A stretch of 64,000 bases of DNA, from positions 704,001-768,000 of the forward strand of contig OZ242005.1 in assembly GCA_965204725.1 (NCBI GenBank), given 5' to 3'. The translations under genes and the position numbers were made by a program. The notes under the pieces were generated by a model that was given only the letters and a program-made list of their open reading frames with translations, made no database searches and was not told the DNA's origin. Position 1 is the first letter of the stretch. Every line of letters starts with the position of its first letter. Shown here piece after piece: positions 18,433-28,009 of the stretch. Source of the stretch: Candidatus Latescibacterota bacterium. GTDB taxonomy: Bacteria > Latescibacterota > UBA2968 > UBA8231.

Positions 18433-18484
18433 AATAGACCTCGATAAGGACGGGGAGGCTACGCTTGACGACGACCTCATACAT
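18401..18484 (-). pseudogene. Internally deleted RelE-like toxin remnant (27 aa)
   Basis: MYEVVVKRSLPVLIEVYYAGSRENAPY*; IEVYYAG..E.APY is recalled as a RelE-like toxin C-terminus; overlaps the antitoxin start. Confidence 0.6.
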
Positions 18485-18506
18485 ACAGAAGTAAAGTAAC
18501 TGAAAA

Positions 18507-18933
18507 ATGAATTCAAAGCGCGAAATGACTGCCGAGGTTTTGGCGCGGCTCTTCCAAGAGCGCAGCCAGAGCCGCGTCATTCGCTTCGACGAATCAGTGG
18601 TGCCCCGCACCTCGCCAGATGACCTCGACGAGGAGTTGACGCGCCGGTTTTTCCGCGAAGACGCCGAACTGACCGAGGATACTTTGCACAAGCTCCGCAT
18701 CGTCGCTGGCGACGAGGACGGCGTCGCACACCTCACGCTCGCGGGCGTTCTATTCCCTGTTGGCGCGTTGCCCAGCCCCGGCCGATCTTGGACGGACGCA
18801 CTTGATGGATCGGCGCGGCGACGGCGTACCGATTATCCGCGCCGAGTGCCAACGGCTCGCAGGTCGCCTCCCCGAGTATAGCCTGATTGACGACAGCGAG
18901 CTGCTGTTGGTAATTTGGGAAGCCTTGCCTTAA
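18507..18933 (+). pseudogene. Fragmented AlbA_2/RecG-C (HATPase_c_4) ATP-binding protein
   Basis: Middle piece SKREMTAEVLARLFQERSQSRVIRFDE joined out of frame to C-terminal piece LMDRRGDGVPII..E...L.GR.PEY.LIDDSEL.LVIW*. Confidence 0.65.
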
Positions 18934-19028
18934 GCGGCCGTCTCAACATCCCGACGCTCTGAGGATACTTCGCCAGAGGCGACAGCCGCTCAGGGTTTTC
19001 ATAAACTTCTAAACCACGGAGTCTCATT

Positions 19029-19994
19029 ATGCTACCGGCCTACGCACTTTTAGTTGGTCTCCTACTAACCGCCTGCGCCGCTGAACGAGAAGCACCCCCA
19101 GCCGAAGCCCTGCCCAAGGTCCAACTCGCGCTCAACTGGTTCCCAGAAGCCGAACACGGCGGCCTATACGCGGCGGCCGTCCACGGCTACTATGAAGAAG
19201 GCGGCGTTGAGGTCGAAATCCTCGGCGGCGGCCCGGACGCGCCGGTCGTCCAGCGCGTGGCTACCGGCGCGGTCGCCTTTGGCATAGTCAACGCCGACGA
19301 CATCCTCTATGCCCGCGCCCAACAAATCCCCGTGGTCGCGCTCATGGCTTCCTACCAGATCAGCCCGCACTGCATCATGGTTCACCAGAGCGCGGGTATC
19401 GACTCCATCTCGCAAATCAAAAACATCACCTTGGCCCTAGCCCAACGCCCGGCCTTCTCGCACTATCTGCGCTGGAAATACTCATTTGAGGGCGTCACCA
19501 TCGTCCCCTACCCCGGCAACGTGGCTCAATTCCTCGCCGACGAGAATTTCGCCCAGCAGGGCTACGTCTTCAGCGAGCCTTTTGTCGCCAAAGCCAAGGG
19601 GGCCGACCCCAAGGCCCTGCTCGTAGCCGACACCGGCTTCAACCCCTATGCCAGTGTGCTCATCACCACGCAAGAGCGCGTCGCGGCCGCGCCCGAACTC
19701 GTCGGTGCCGTAGTCCGCGCCAGCGTCAAAGGCTGGGAGCAATACCTCGCCGCGCCCGAGGAGACCAACCGACATATCAACGCGCTCAACCCCGAGATGG
19801 GTATGGACATTCTCGCCTATGGCGCGGCCGAATCCATCGCCATGATTCTCGACCCGGTCGCCCAACAAAACGGCCTCGGCAGCATGACCCTGCAACGCTG
19901 GCAGGAGCTATTGGACCAAATGGTGACCGTCGGCCTAATCAAAGACGGCGTCGTCCAAGCCGCAGCGGTCTTCACCAACCGCTTCTTACCCTAG
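19029..19994 (+). CDS. NMT1/THI5-like ABC transporter substrate-binding lipoprotein
   Basis: LTAC lipobox, LNWFPEAEHGGLY.A...GYY, QGYVFSEP. Confidence 0.88.
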   Translation: MLPAYALLVGLLLTACAAEREAPPAEALPKVQLALNWFPEAEHGGLYAAAVHGYYEEGGVEVEILGGGPDAPVVQRVATGAVAFGIVNADDILYARAQQIPVVALMASYQISPHCIMVHQSAGIDSISQIKNITLALAQRPAFSHYLRWKYSFEGVTIVPYPGNVAQFLADENFAQQGYVFSEPFVAKAKGADPKALLVADTGFNPYASVLITTQERVAAAPELVGAVVRASVKGWEQYLAAPEETNRHINALNPEMGMDILAYGAAESIAMILDPVAQQNGLGSMTLQRWQELLDQMVTVGLIKDGVVQAAAVFTNRFLP

Positions 19995-19997
19995 CCC

Positions 19998-20798
19998 TTG
20001 GCCTTTTTGCAGGACATCGCGCTCGGCCGCTACATCGCGCTCGATTCGCCGATTCACCGCCTCGACCCGCGCACCAAGTTGGGGGCCGTTTTCGCGCTGA
20101 CGCTGGCGGCCTTTGCAGCACCCAATGCCCTCGCCCTGCTGCTACTTGGGGCCTTCCTGCTTTTGGCCACCGTTTTGGCGCGGGTGCCTTTGGGCCTCAT
20201 GCTGCGCCAGCTCAAAACCTTTGCTTGGCTCTTCCTGTTCACCTTTGGCCTCCACGCGCTGCTCACGCCGGGCCGAGCTGTCTTGTCGTGGCCCTTTTCC
20301 GAGCACGTTCTGACGGCCGAGGGCCTGCGCTTGGGTGCCTTCTTTACTGCGCGGCTGGCCGCGGCCATCGTCGCCGCCACGCTCTTGACCCTGACCACCG
20401 CGCCGATGGAGATAACCAGCGGCCTCCAGCGCTTCTTCAGTCCCTTGCGCCGCTTCGGCTTTCCGGCGGGCGACATGGCGTTGATGATCGCCATGGCCCT
20501 GCGGTTTATTCCCGTCCTCCTCGACGAAGCCGAGCGCCTACACAAAGCCCAATTAGCGCGCGGAGCCGACTTTAGCGGCCCTTTTCTGCGCCGCATCAAA
20601 AGCCTCGTCCCCTTGCTCGTGCCCCTCCTCCTCGCGGCCTGTAGCCGGGCCGACCGCCTCGCCTTGGCTATGGAGAGCCAGTGTTACTCCTGCGGGACGG
20701 CGCGCACACACTATCGCCCGCTTCGCTTTGGCCGCGCCGACGGCCTAGCCGCCTTGGCCGCCCTCGGCTTGGTCGCGCTCGTGTATTATTTGCAGTAA
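19998..20798 (+). CDS. ecfT: ECF transporter transmembrane component T
   Basis: SPIHRLDPRTK, ALRFIP.L.DE, AQLARG, LA.AME. Confidence 0.9.
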   Translation: MAFLQDIALGRYIALDSPIHRLDPRTKLGAVFALTLAAFAAPNALALLLLGAFLLLATVLARVPLGLMLRQLKTFAWLFLFTFGLHALLTPGRAVLSWPFSEHVLTAEGLRLGAFFTARLAAAIVAATLLTLTTAPMEITSGLQRFFSPLRRFGFPAGDMALMIAMALRFIPVLLDEAERLHKAQLARGADFSGPFLRRIKSLVPLLVPLLLAACSRADRLALAMESQCYSCGTARTHYRPLRFGRADGLAALAALGLVALVYYLQ

Positions 20799-20801
20799 GC
20801 G

Positions 20802-21560
20802 ATGCGGACTCTGCGCTTGGTAATCGAATACGACGGCACCCACTTCGCCGGTTGGCAGAGCCAAAAGAGCGACCGCACCGTGCAAGACGCGCTCGAACAA
20901 GCCCTGCACATCCTGCTCAAAGAGCCAACTCGCCTCATCGGCGCGGGCCGCACGGACGCCGGCACCCATGCCTTCGGGCAGGTGGCTCATTTCCAGACGG
21001 AGGCCGCGCTGCCCGCCGACCGGCTGGTCCGCAGCCTCAACGGCCTATTGCCTCCAGACATTGCCGTGTACGCCGCCGACGAAGTCGCCGCCGACTTCCA
21101 CGCTCGCTACAGCGCGACCCGCAAGCGCTATCGCTACCGCATTCACCAAGGCAAGGCCGCAGTCAACCGCACTCAGGTGTGGACTTATTACTCAGCGCTG
21201 TCTTTGACGCCCATGGCGGCGGCGGCGCGCGCGCTCTGCGGCAACCGCGCTTTTGGGGCCTTTTGCAAACAAGACCCCGTCCCCGAACAGCAGACCTGCC
21301 ACGTCTTTGACGCGGGCTGGTCCGAACGCGGCCCCGAGCTGGTCTTTGAAATTGAGGCCAACCGCTTCCTCCGCCACATGGTGCGGATCCTCGTCGGCAC
21401 GATGGTTGAAATCGGCCGCGGCCGCCGACCGCCGACCGCCATCGCCGAGCTGCTCGCCAGCGGCGACCGCACGGCAGCCGGCGTCACAGCCCCGGCGCGC
21501 GGCCTTTGCCTGTTGTGGGTGGCATACCCCGATGGCCGACGCGGAAATGGGCGGACCTAA
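20802..21560 (+). CDS. truA: tRNA pseudouridine(38-40) synthase
   Basis: EYDGT.FAGWQ, GAGRTDAGTHA.GQ, FHARYSA, FLRHMVRI, TAPARGL. Confidence 0.96.
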   Translation: MRTLRLVIEYDGTHFAGWQSQKSDRTVQDALEQALHILLKEPTRLIGAGRTDAGTHAFGQVAHFQTEAALPADRLVRSLNGLLPPDIAVYAADEVAADFHARYSATRKRYRYRIHQGKAAVNRTQVWTYYSALSLTPMAAAARALCGNRAFGAFCKQDPVPEQQTCHVFDAGWSERGPELVFEIEANRFLRHMVRILVGTMVEIGRGRRPPTAIAELLASGDRTAAGVTAPARGLCLLWVAYPDGRRGNGRT

Positions 21561-21866
21561 ATGGGCAAGAAATTCCAGCGACGCCGCGAAAACTTTACCT
21601 GCGTACATTGTGGCTTCCCCGCGCAGGGCAATGGCTACACCAATCACTGCCCCGAATGCCTCTGGAGCCAACACGTCGATGTGAACCCAGGCGATCGCGC
21701 CGCGCACTGTCGCGGCTCAATGGAGCCGGTGGGATTTATCATCAAACGCGGCACTTATATCCTCATCCACCGCTGCACCGAGTGCGGCATTACCAAAAAG
21801 AATAAAGCCGCCAAAAACGACCGCTTTGACGCGCTCCTTCGCCTAGGCGGCAAACGGCCGGACTAG
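21561..21866 (+). CDS. RNHCP-domain zinc-binding protein
   Basis: F.C..CG...NHCPECLWS.HVD..PGDRA..C. Confidence 0.85.
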   Translation: MGKKFQRRRENFTCVHCGFPAQGNGYTNHCPECLWSQHVDVNPGDRAAHCRGSMEPVGFIIKRGTYILIHRCTECGITKKNKAAKNDRFDALLRLGGKRPD

Positions 21867-21890
21867 CCGCCCGGCGAGATAGCGATATAC

Positions 21891-21920
21891 TTGCAACAAT
21901 GGGTGTGATTATTATATAAT
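21891..21920 (+). promoter_or_regulatory. Sigma70-type promoter for the protease-pssA-tatA-gatA run
   Basis: TTGCAA-N18-TATAAT. Confidence 0.55.
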
Positions 21921-21946
21921 TTCCTAAGTGAACGACACTTACTTTG

Positions 21947-22005
21947 ATGCTGGTGTTGTCGCTGCGTCCGGGGCCGAGGGCAAGATGCCCTCGATCCTTG
22001 GAAGT
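21947..22005 (+). repeat. REP-like family A copy
   Basis: GTTGTCGCTGCGTCCGGGGCCGAGGGCAAGATGCCCTCGATCCTTGGAAG. Confidence 0.8.
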
Positions 22006-23135
22006 TGGCGAAATTCATTCCCCGAGGTCCAACCTTGCCCTTTATCTGGTCTCTCGCGCTGCTGGCATTGGCTCTGAGCCATGCCGGCGCGTCCATTAGC
22101 CAGTCGCGCCGCACAGCCGTAGTGCGGGCCGTAGAGCGGGTGCAGCCGGCGGTCGTCAGCCTCTACGTGCGCTACCGACAGCGCGTCTATAGCCTATACC
22201 GGCAGCGCGACCCGTACTGGAACTTTTTCTCGCCGTTCTACTTCGTGCCCCAAGATCAATACCGCACCTCCACCGGCTCGGGATTTATCGTCGATGGCGA
22301 GGGCTACATTCTCACCAATAGCCACGTCGTCGGCGATCCCCGTCATCTACAGAAAATCACAGCCTCGCTGCCCGCGCCCGACAGCCGCACCTTTGAGGTC
22401 CGCTACGTGGCCTCCGACTCCAACTTCGACCTCGCGATCCTCAAGGCCGATGAAGGCAACCTGCCGGTTGCGCCGCTGGGGACTTCGGGCGATATTCTGG
22501 TCGGCGAATGGGCCATTGCCATCGGCAACCCGTTCGACTTGGGGCCTACCGTCAGCATCGGCGTCGTCAGTGCCCTAGATCGCGACTTTCCCGAACCCCA
22601 AGGCGATTACTTCTATCTAGACATGATTCAGACCGATGCAGCCATTAATAGAGGCAATAGCGGCGGTCCCCTCGTCAATGCCGACGGCGAAGTCATCGGT
22701 ATCAACAGCTTCATCTACACCGGCAGCGAGTACGACAGCGGCTCCATCGGCATTGGCTTCGCCATTCCCATCGACACGGCCGCCAGCTTCCTAGAGGAAA
22801 TTCGCCAGCACGGCCAAGTGCGCCGCGCTTGGACCGGCATCCTAGCGGTCCAAGACATCACCCCGAATCTAGCGGAGTACCTACGGCTCGCTTCCACCGA
22901 CGGCGCCCTAGTCGTCCGAGTCGCTCGCGACAGTCCGGCCGAACTAGCCGGCCTCGAAAGCGGCGATGTGATCGTCGCGATCAACGACGAGCCGATCGCC
23001 AACGCCGACGAAGCCATCGACGTGCTGCGCGTCTTGCGCGTCGGCGAAGTCGCCACACTCAACGTGGTGCGCCACAACGAGCACTACACCCTAGACCTGA
23101 CCCTCGAAGAGCGTCCCCACCGGACGCGCCGCTAG
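22005..23135 (+). CDS. HtrA/DegP-family trypsin-like serine protease with one PDZ domain
   Basis: GSGFI...ILTNSHVV, DLAIL, QTDAAINRGNSGGPLVN, PDZ; start uncertain. Confidence 0.92.
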   Translation: MAKFIPRGPTLPFIWSLALLALALSHAGASISQSRRTAVVRAVERVQPAVVSLYVRYRQRVYSLYRQRDPYWNFFSPFYFVPQDQYRTSTGSGFIVDGEGYILTNSHVVGDPRHLQKITASLPAPDSRTFEVRYVASDSNFDLAILKADEGNLPVAPLGTSGDILVGEWAIAIGNPFDLGPTVSIGVVSALDRDFPEPQGDYFYLDMIQTDAAINRGNSGGPLVNADGEVIGINSFIYTGSEYDSGSIGIGFAIPIDTAASFLEEIRQHGQVRRAWTGILAVQDITPNLAEYLRLASTDGALVVRVARDSPAELAGLESGDVIVAINDEPIANADEAIDVLRVLRVGEVATLNVVRHNEHYTLDLTLEERPHRTRR

Positions 23136-23153
23136 CGACAGAAGGATGCGAAA

Positions 23154-23849
23154 ATGAGGCAGTTCATACCCAACGCGTTCACCATCGGCAACTTGTTCTG
23201 CGGGTTCCTCGCCCTGCACTACGCCTTCAACGGCAGCTACGTGCCAGCCGCTTGGCTCATCTTCTTGGGCGCGGTACTCGACAAAATGGACGGCCAACTC
23301 GCCCGGGTCATGGGGCGCGACTCCCAGTTTGGGCTCCACTTTGACTCCATCGTCGATGCCTGCACCTTTGGCGTTGTACCGGCTGCCATCATCTATCAGG
23401 CTCACCTGCCAACCGGCTGGGGGCTGGCGCTGGCCTTTGCGTTTCTGCTGTGTGGGGCCATGCGTCTGGCCCGCTTCAACGCGCTTAGCCTAGCCGGCGA
23501 GCGCGGCGAATTTTACATGGGGTTGGCCATTCCCACGGCTGCGGTCTGCCTCACCCAATACGTGGTCTTTGTCAAAGCCTGGCCCATCCCCCACGCCACG
23601 CCGCTGGCCGTGCTCCTGATTTTGGTGCTGTCCTTCCTGATGGTTAGTCGGCTCGCGTACGACAGCGTTCCCAACTTTCGCGGCACCTCCCTCAGCGACC
23701 GCTTCAAGCAGCTTTACTTCATCACCACGATCGGGCTGATCATTTACGACGGCATCTTTTTCTTTCCCATGATCCTCGTGTATGTCCTATCCGGGCCTTG
23801 TCGCTGGGTCTTCCGGCTTTTGCACGACGACGTCACGCAACACGCCTGA
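23154..23849 (+). CDS. pssA: CDP-diacylglycerol--serine O-phosphatidyltransferase
   Basis: PNAFTIGNLFCG, D..DG.LAR...S.FG..FDS..D...FGVVP, RLARFN. Confidence 0.9.
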   Translation: MRQFIPNAFTIGNLFCGFLALHYAFNGSYVPAAWLIFLGAVLDKMDGQLARVMGRDSQFGLHFDSIVDACTFGVVPAAIIYQAHLPTGWGLALAFAFLLCGAMRLARFNALSLAGERGEFYMGLAIPTAAVCLTQYVVFVKAWPIPHATPLAVLLILVLSFLMVSRLAYDSVPNFRGTSLSDRFKQLYFITTIGLIIYDGIFFFPMILVYVLSGPCRWVFRLLHDDVTQHA

Positions 23850-23855
23850 GTTATC

Positions 23856-24137
23856 ATGACGCACGACAAGCCCCTCAGCCACCTCATCCTCATCCTCTTC
23901 ACCTGTATGATCGGCGCCAACCTCGTCGGCGAGTTCCTGCGGTTCCTCCTCATCGGCCTAGTCGGCCCCGACACCATCGTCGAGCTCGCCCTCTTGCGCT
24001 ACGTGGAGTATTCCATTGGGCCGCACATGCTCAACCTCATCATCCTGTCCTTTTCGTTTGAGCTGTCGCTAAAGTTCAACTTAATCACTATGTTGGGACT
24101 CTTCGTCGGCTGGTACTACTTCCGCCACAGCTACTAA
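23856..24137 (+). CDS. DUF4321-like small membrane protein
   Basis: IG.NLVGE...P..LNL..LSFSF.L.L.FNL..LG pattern. Confidence 0.65.
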   Translation: MTHDKPLSHLILILFTCMIGANLVGEFLRFLLIGLVGPDTIVELALLRYVEYSIGPHMLNLIILSFSFELSLKFNLITMLGLFVGWYYFRHSY

Positions 24138-24161
24138 AAACATCTTTCGGGAGATGGAGCC

Positions 24162-24398
24162 ATGTTCGGTATGGGCCATTGGGAAATACTCATAATTTTC
24201 GTCGTCATTCTGCTCATCTTCGGCGCCAAGCGCATCCCCGAGATGGCGCAGGGCTTAGGCAAGGGCATCCGCGAGTTCCGCACCGCCATGCGCGACGTGC
24301 AGGACGAAATCGAGGCCCCCAAGCAACCCACTCAGCCCACGGCCCCTCCGGCCCAGACCGAGGCTCAGTCCAACGACAAAGACCAAGCCGCCTCCTAG
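24162..24398 (+). CDS. tatA: Twin-arginine translocase TatA/TatE
   Basis: G..EILII..VILLIFG.K.IPE....LGKGIREF. Confidence 0.95.
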   Translation: MFGMGHWEILIIFVVILLIFGAKRIPEMAQGLGKGIREFRTAMRDVQDEIEAPKQPTQPTAPPAQTEAQSNDKDQAAS

Positions 24399-24407
24399 CC
24401 TCCTAAC

Positions 24408-25853
24408 ATGGCGCTCAACCAAGCCACGGCCCACGAACTCAGCGCTCGCCTGCAACGACGGGAAATCACCGCCCGCCAGCTCGTGGAGGCCGCGCTCGAC
24501 CGCATCGGCGCAATTGACGGCCAAATCAACGCGTTCATCAGCGTAGAGGCCGAGGGCGCGCTAGCGCATGCCGACGACATTGACCAGCGGCGCGCAGCGG
24601 GCGCGGCTTTGGGGGGGTTGGCAGGCATTCCCTTGGCGCTCAAGGACGTCCTCTGCGTCCGCGGCGGGCGCACCACCTGCGGCTCGAAAATCCTCGAACA
24701 CTTCATTGCGCCCTACGACGCGACGGCCGTCGAGCGGCTGCGCATCGCCGACGCCATCTTCATCGGCAAGACCAACATGGACGAGTTCGCCATGGGCTCG
24801 TCCTGTGAAAACTCCTATTTCGGCCCCACCTTAAACCCCTGCGACCCCGAGCGGGTGCCGGGGGGCTCCAGCGGCGGCTCAGCCGCGGCCGTAGCGGCCG
24901 ACGAGACCATCCTCGCCCTCGGCTCAGACACCGGCGGCTCCGTGCGCCAACCAGCGAGCTACTGCGGAGTCGTCGGCCTCAAGCCCACCTACGGCCGCGT
25001 CTCGCGCTACGGGCTTATAGCCTACGCTTCTTCGCTCGACCAAATCGGCCCGGTGACCAAAGACGTCGAAGACGCCGCCCTCCTGCTCCAAGCCATTGCT
25101 GGGCACGATCCCCGCGACTCAACTTCGAGCACCGCACCCGTGCCCGACTATCGGGCCGCGCTCAAAGGGACTATCTGCGGCCTGAAAGTGGGCTTGGCCC
25201 GCGAGCACTTTCCCGCCGCGCTCGACGCGGAAGTAGCCGCGGCCGCTCAAGATGCAGCCAACGCCCTCGTGGATGCCGGGGCCGAGCTGGTGGAGGTCCA
25301 GCTACCGGTGGCCGGCCACCCTGAATACTGCATCAGTACCTATTACATCATCGCCATGGCCGAGGCATCGGCCAATCTGGCGCGCTACGACGGCGTCAAA
25401 TACGGCTATCGCGCCGAGGGCAGTGCCGACCTGCAAGCGATGTATTTGCAGACGCGCAGCGAGGGCTTTGGCGCCGAGGTACAGCGCCGCATCATGCTCG
25501 GCACCTACGCCCTGAGTGCCGGCTATTACGACGCGTACTACCGCAAGGCCCAACAGGTACGCACCCTGATCCGCGAGGACTTTGCCCGCGCTTTTACCTC
25601 CTGCGACATCCTGATCTCGCCGGTGGCCCCAACCCCCGCCTTCCGCCTCGGCGAACAGCTCGACGACCCCTTGCAGATGTACCTCAACGACATCTACACG
25701 GCCTCGGTCAATCTCGCCGGGATTCCGGCCATATCCGTGCCCTTTGCCCACAACCGCGCGGCCTTGCCCATTGGCGTCCAGCTGTTGGCCCCCCCTCTCA
25801 AAGAGGCTCGCCTGCTGCGCACAGCCCATGCCCTAGAGCGGGCAGCCGCCTGA
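24408..25853 (+). CDS. gatA: Asp/Glu-tRNA amidotransferase subunit A
   Basis: [58 protein letters not shown]. Confidence 0.97.
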   Translation: MALNQATAHELSARLQRREITARQLVEAALDRIGAIDGQINAFISVEAEGALAHADDIDQRRAAGAALGGLAGIPLALKDVLCVRGGRTTCGSKILEHFIAPYDATAVERLRIADAIFIGKTNMDEFAMGSSCENSYFGPTLNPCDPERVPGGSSGGSAAAVAADETILALGSDTGGSVRQPASYCGVVGLKPTYGRVSRYGLIAYASSLDQIGPVTKDVEDAALLLQAIAGHDPRDSTSSTAPVPDYRAALKGTICGLKVGLAREHFPAALDAEVAAAAQDAANALVDAGAELVEVQLPVAGHPEYCISTYYIIAMAEASANLARYDGVKYGYRAEGSADLQAMYLQTRSEGFGAEVQRRIMLGTYALSAGYYDAYYRKAQQVRTLIREDFARAFTSCDILISPVAPTPAFRLGEQLDDPLQMYLNDIYTASVNLAGIPAISVPFAHNRAALPIGVQLLAPPLKEARLLRTAHALERAAA

Positions 25854-25878
25854 AATAGCAAACACCGGAGATCAAACC

Positions 25879-26808
25879 ATGAGATACTGCGCCCTCGCGG
25901 CCTGCATCTTCCTTTCGACCTGCTGGACGCCCGTTGCGGCGATCAACCCCAACGCCGGCACCACGGGATTCAACTTTCTCAAAATCGGCGTTGGCACCCG
26001 CGCGGCCGCGCTCGGTGGGGCCTATGCGGCCGTGTCTGGCAACATCGAGGCATCGGCTTGGAATCCCGCCGGGCTTTTCGGCTTAGACGAGCGCACGGCC
26101 GCGCTGGCTTACAACAGCTATTTCTTAGATTCTCAAGCCGGCTTTGCCTCCATCGCCGTCCCCAAGGGGTCGCGCGTCCACGCCCTGAGCGTCCAATACG
26201 TCTCCCACGGCGACTTGCTGCACACCGACTTGGAAGGGCGCGATTTGGGGACCTTTTCGGCCACCGATCTGGCCGCTTATCTGTCCATCGCCCAACAACT
26301 CGGGCCAGACTGGCTGGCCATTGGCGCGAATCTAAAAGCCGTCTATTCAAACATGGCCGAGTTTTCTGCGGACGCTTATCTCGCTGATCTCGGCCTCCTC
26401 GTCCGCGCCCCAATCGCGGGCACGACCCTCGGCGCGGCCATCGCCAATTTAGGTTTTGTGCGCTCGGGCTATACGGCCGGTTTCAAGGACTCGCTTCCGG
26501 TACACATCCGCTTGGGGGCGGCCCATCGCCTCGCGCACCTGCCGGTGCCCGCGCTCTTGGTCGCCGATTTCAACTTGCCCAACGACAACGACTCCTATCT
26601 GGCCTTCGGCCTCGAAGTCCAGCTTGCCGAGGGGCTTTACATCCGGCCCGGTTACAGCACCCAACAAATCGGCAGTCAAGACGAGGAGCCGGTGGGCCTG
26701 AGTGCCGGGGCCGGCTTGGCCATGCGCCGCTATGCGGTTGATTACGCCTACTCGTCCTTGCCCGATTTGGGCCAAGTCCATCGGGTATCGATCATCGGCA
26801 CCTTTTGA
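25879..26808 (+). CDS. PorV/PorQ-family outer-membrane beta-barrel
   Basis: Signal peptide; FLKIGVG.RAAALGGA...WNPAGL; C-terminal DYAY...DLG..HR.S..F. Confidence 0.8.
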   Translation: MRYCALAACIFLSTCWTPVAAINPNAGTTGFNFLKIGVGTRAAALGGAYAAVSGNIEASAWNPAGLFGLDERTAALAYNSYFLDSQAGFASIAVPKGSRVHALSVQYVSHGDLLHTDLEGRDLGTFSATDLAAYLSIAQQLGPDWLAIGANLKAVYSNMAEFSADAYLADLGLLVRAPIAGTTLGAAIANLGFVRSGYTAGFKDSLPVHIRLGAAHRLAHLPVPALLVADFNLPNDNDSYLAFGLEVQLAEGLYIRPGYSTQQIGSQDEEPVGLSAGAGLAMRRYAVDYAYSSLPDLGQVHRVSIIGTF

Positions 26809-26815
26809 GCGCACC

Positions 26816-27730
26816 ATGCCCGGCCTCCGCTCGGACCAACTCGCATTCTTCCACGCCGAGGGCTACGTTCACGTGCCCGACGCCTTGGCCCCCGCAGACT
26901 TGGATCCAGTCCAAGAGGAGCTGGAGGCAATCGTCGAGCGAGCGGCCCAACGCCTGCTGGCGGCTGGCAAAATAGAGCGCGACTATGCGGAGTTGCCGTT
27001 TGCCCAGCGCCTGATTCCCCTCGCCAAAGCCGACGCCAGCGCCCCGGCCGGCATCAACTTCCCCGCTAATCTGGGCCCCAACATCTTCGCCTTTTTGCAC
27101 AACCCCCGGCTGCTCGATCTGGTCGAATCCCTCATTGGGCCGGAAATCTACGCCAACTCCTGCCAGCACATCCGCGCCAAAGTCCCGGCCAGCGACGAGT
27201 ACGCCGGCGCCTTCTCGCAAAACGAATGGGCGCGCTCAACGGCTTGGCACCAAGACCTCGGTGTGTTGCTGCCCGAAGCCGATGACACCCTCGTCGTCAC
27301 CACTTGGATCCCCCTAGTCGATGCCGACGAGGAAAACGGCACCCTGATGATTTACCCTCGCTGCCACCGAGAGCCGTTGCGCCGGCACGTGCGCCCCCCG
27401 GCCGACCAAGGCGGCAGTTTCACCGTCGCCCCCGAAGAACTGCCGCCTTGGGACCCAATCGCCATCCCGGTCCAACGCGGCGGGCTGATCGCCATTCACT
27501 GCCGCACCCCGCACGGCAGCCAACCCAACCGCTCAGACGCGATCCGCTGGAGCATGGACTTGCGCTGGAACGACGCCCGCAAGCCCAACGGTCGGCCCCA
27601 CCTGCCGGGCCTTTTCGTCCGCAGCCAAGAAAGCCCCGAACTCGTGGTGCGCGACCGCGAGGAGTGGCTGACGGCTTGGAAATTCGCCCGCGTCTCCAGC
27701 CGCGGAGCCCGCACCTACCGCTGGACCTGA
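26816..27730 (+). CDS. Phytanoyl-CoA dioxygenase (PhyH) family protein
   Basis: F...GY, WHQD, WIPL.DA.EENG.L..P..H, HGS.PN.S..IRWSMDLR. Confidence 0.85.
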   Translation: MPGLRSDQLAFFHAEGYVHVPDALAPADLDPVQEELEAIVERAAQRLLAAGKIERDYAELPFAQRLIPLAKADASAPAGINFPANLGPNIFAFLHNPRLLDLVESLIGPEIYANSCQHIRAKVPASDEYAGAFSQNEWARSTAWHQDLGVLLPEADDTLVVTTWIPLVDADEENGTLMIYPRCHREPLRRHVRPPADQGGSFTVAPEELPPWDPIAIPVQRGGLIAIHCRTPHGSQPNRSDAIRWSMDLRWNDARKPNGRPHLPGLFVRSQESPELVVRDREEWLTAWKFARVSSRGARTYRWT

Positions 27731-27733
27731 GAG

Positions 27734-27839
27734 GTTGAACAAGCCGTAGAGCCGGGATCCGTCATTCCCGCGAACGCGGGAATCCAGCCGGGATCGGTTA
27801 GACGCAAGGGACGTTTTCAGACCGCTTCTGAGAACGATC
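27734..27839 (+). repeat. Palindromic repeat family B / MITE-like element, second copy
   Basis: GTCATTCCCGCGAACGCGGGAATCCAGCCGGGATCG core shared with 6989-7089. Confidence 0.75.
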
Positions 27840-27890
27840 ACGGCCCGCCTCTAGGCGTCCCAGCGGCGTTACCCGCAGTCTGCATCGCTG

Positions 27891-27998
27891 TGTCCCAAAT
27901 GGGGCATTGTAGCCGAGTGCGGCCGAGCGCGGCCTTTTCATAACCCTTTGTTCCTAAAGAAATAACGGCTTAGCCGCCAGCTTGGCCCACTCTTTGCA
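27891..27998 (+). promoter_or_regulatory. Sigma54 promoter with candidate enhancer palindrome and IHF-like site
   Basis: TGTCCCAAATGGGGCA (27891-27906), TAACCCTTTGTT (27941-27952), TGGCCCACTCTTTGCA (27983-27998). Confidence 0.6.
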
Positions 27999-28009
27999 GG
28001 AGCAGGGGC

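Noticed and set aside
13344-19028. Integron (tyrosine recombinase followed by cassette-like genes; GTTATGC and GCCTAAC near 16844-16899)
   Set aside because: The recombinase lacks the IntI-specific insertion and sits in a housekeeping operon; the motifs are in the wrong order for an attC on this strand and no attC hairpin is evident
18934-19028. TPP riboswitch before the THI5-like gene
   Set aside because: Core CTGAGA...ACCTGA motifs not found
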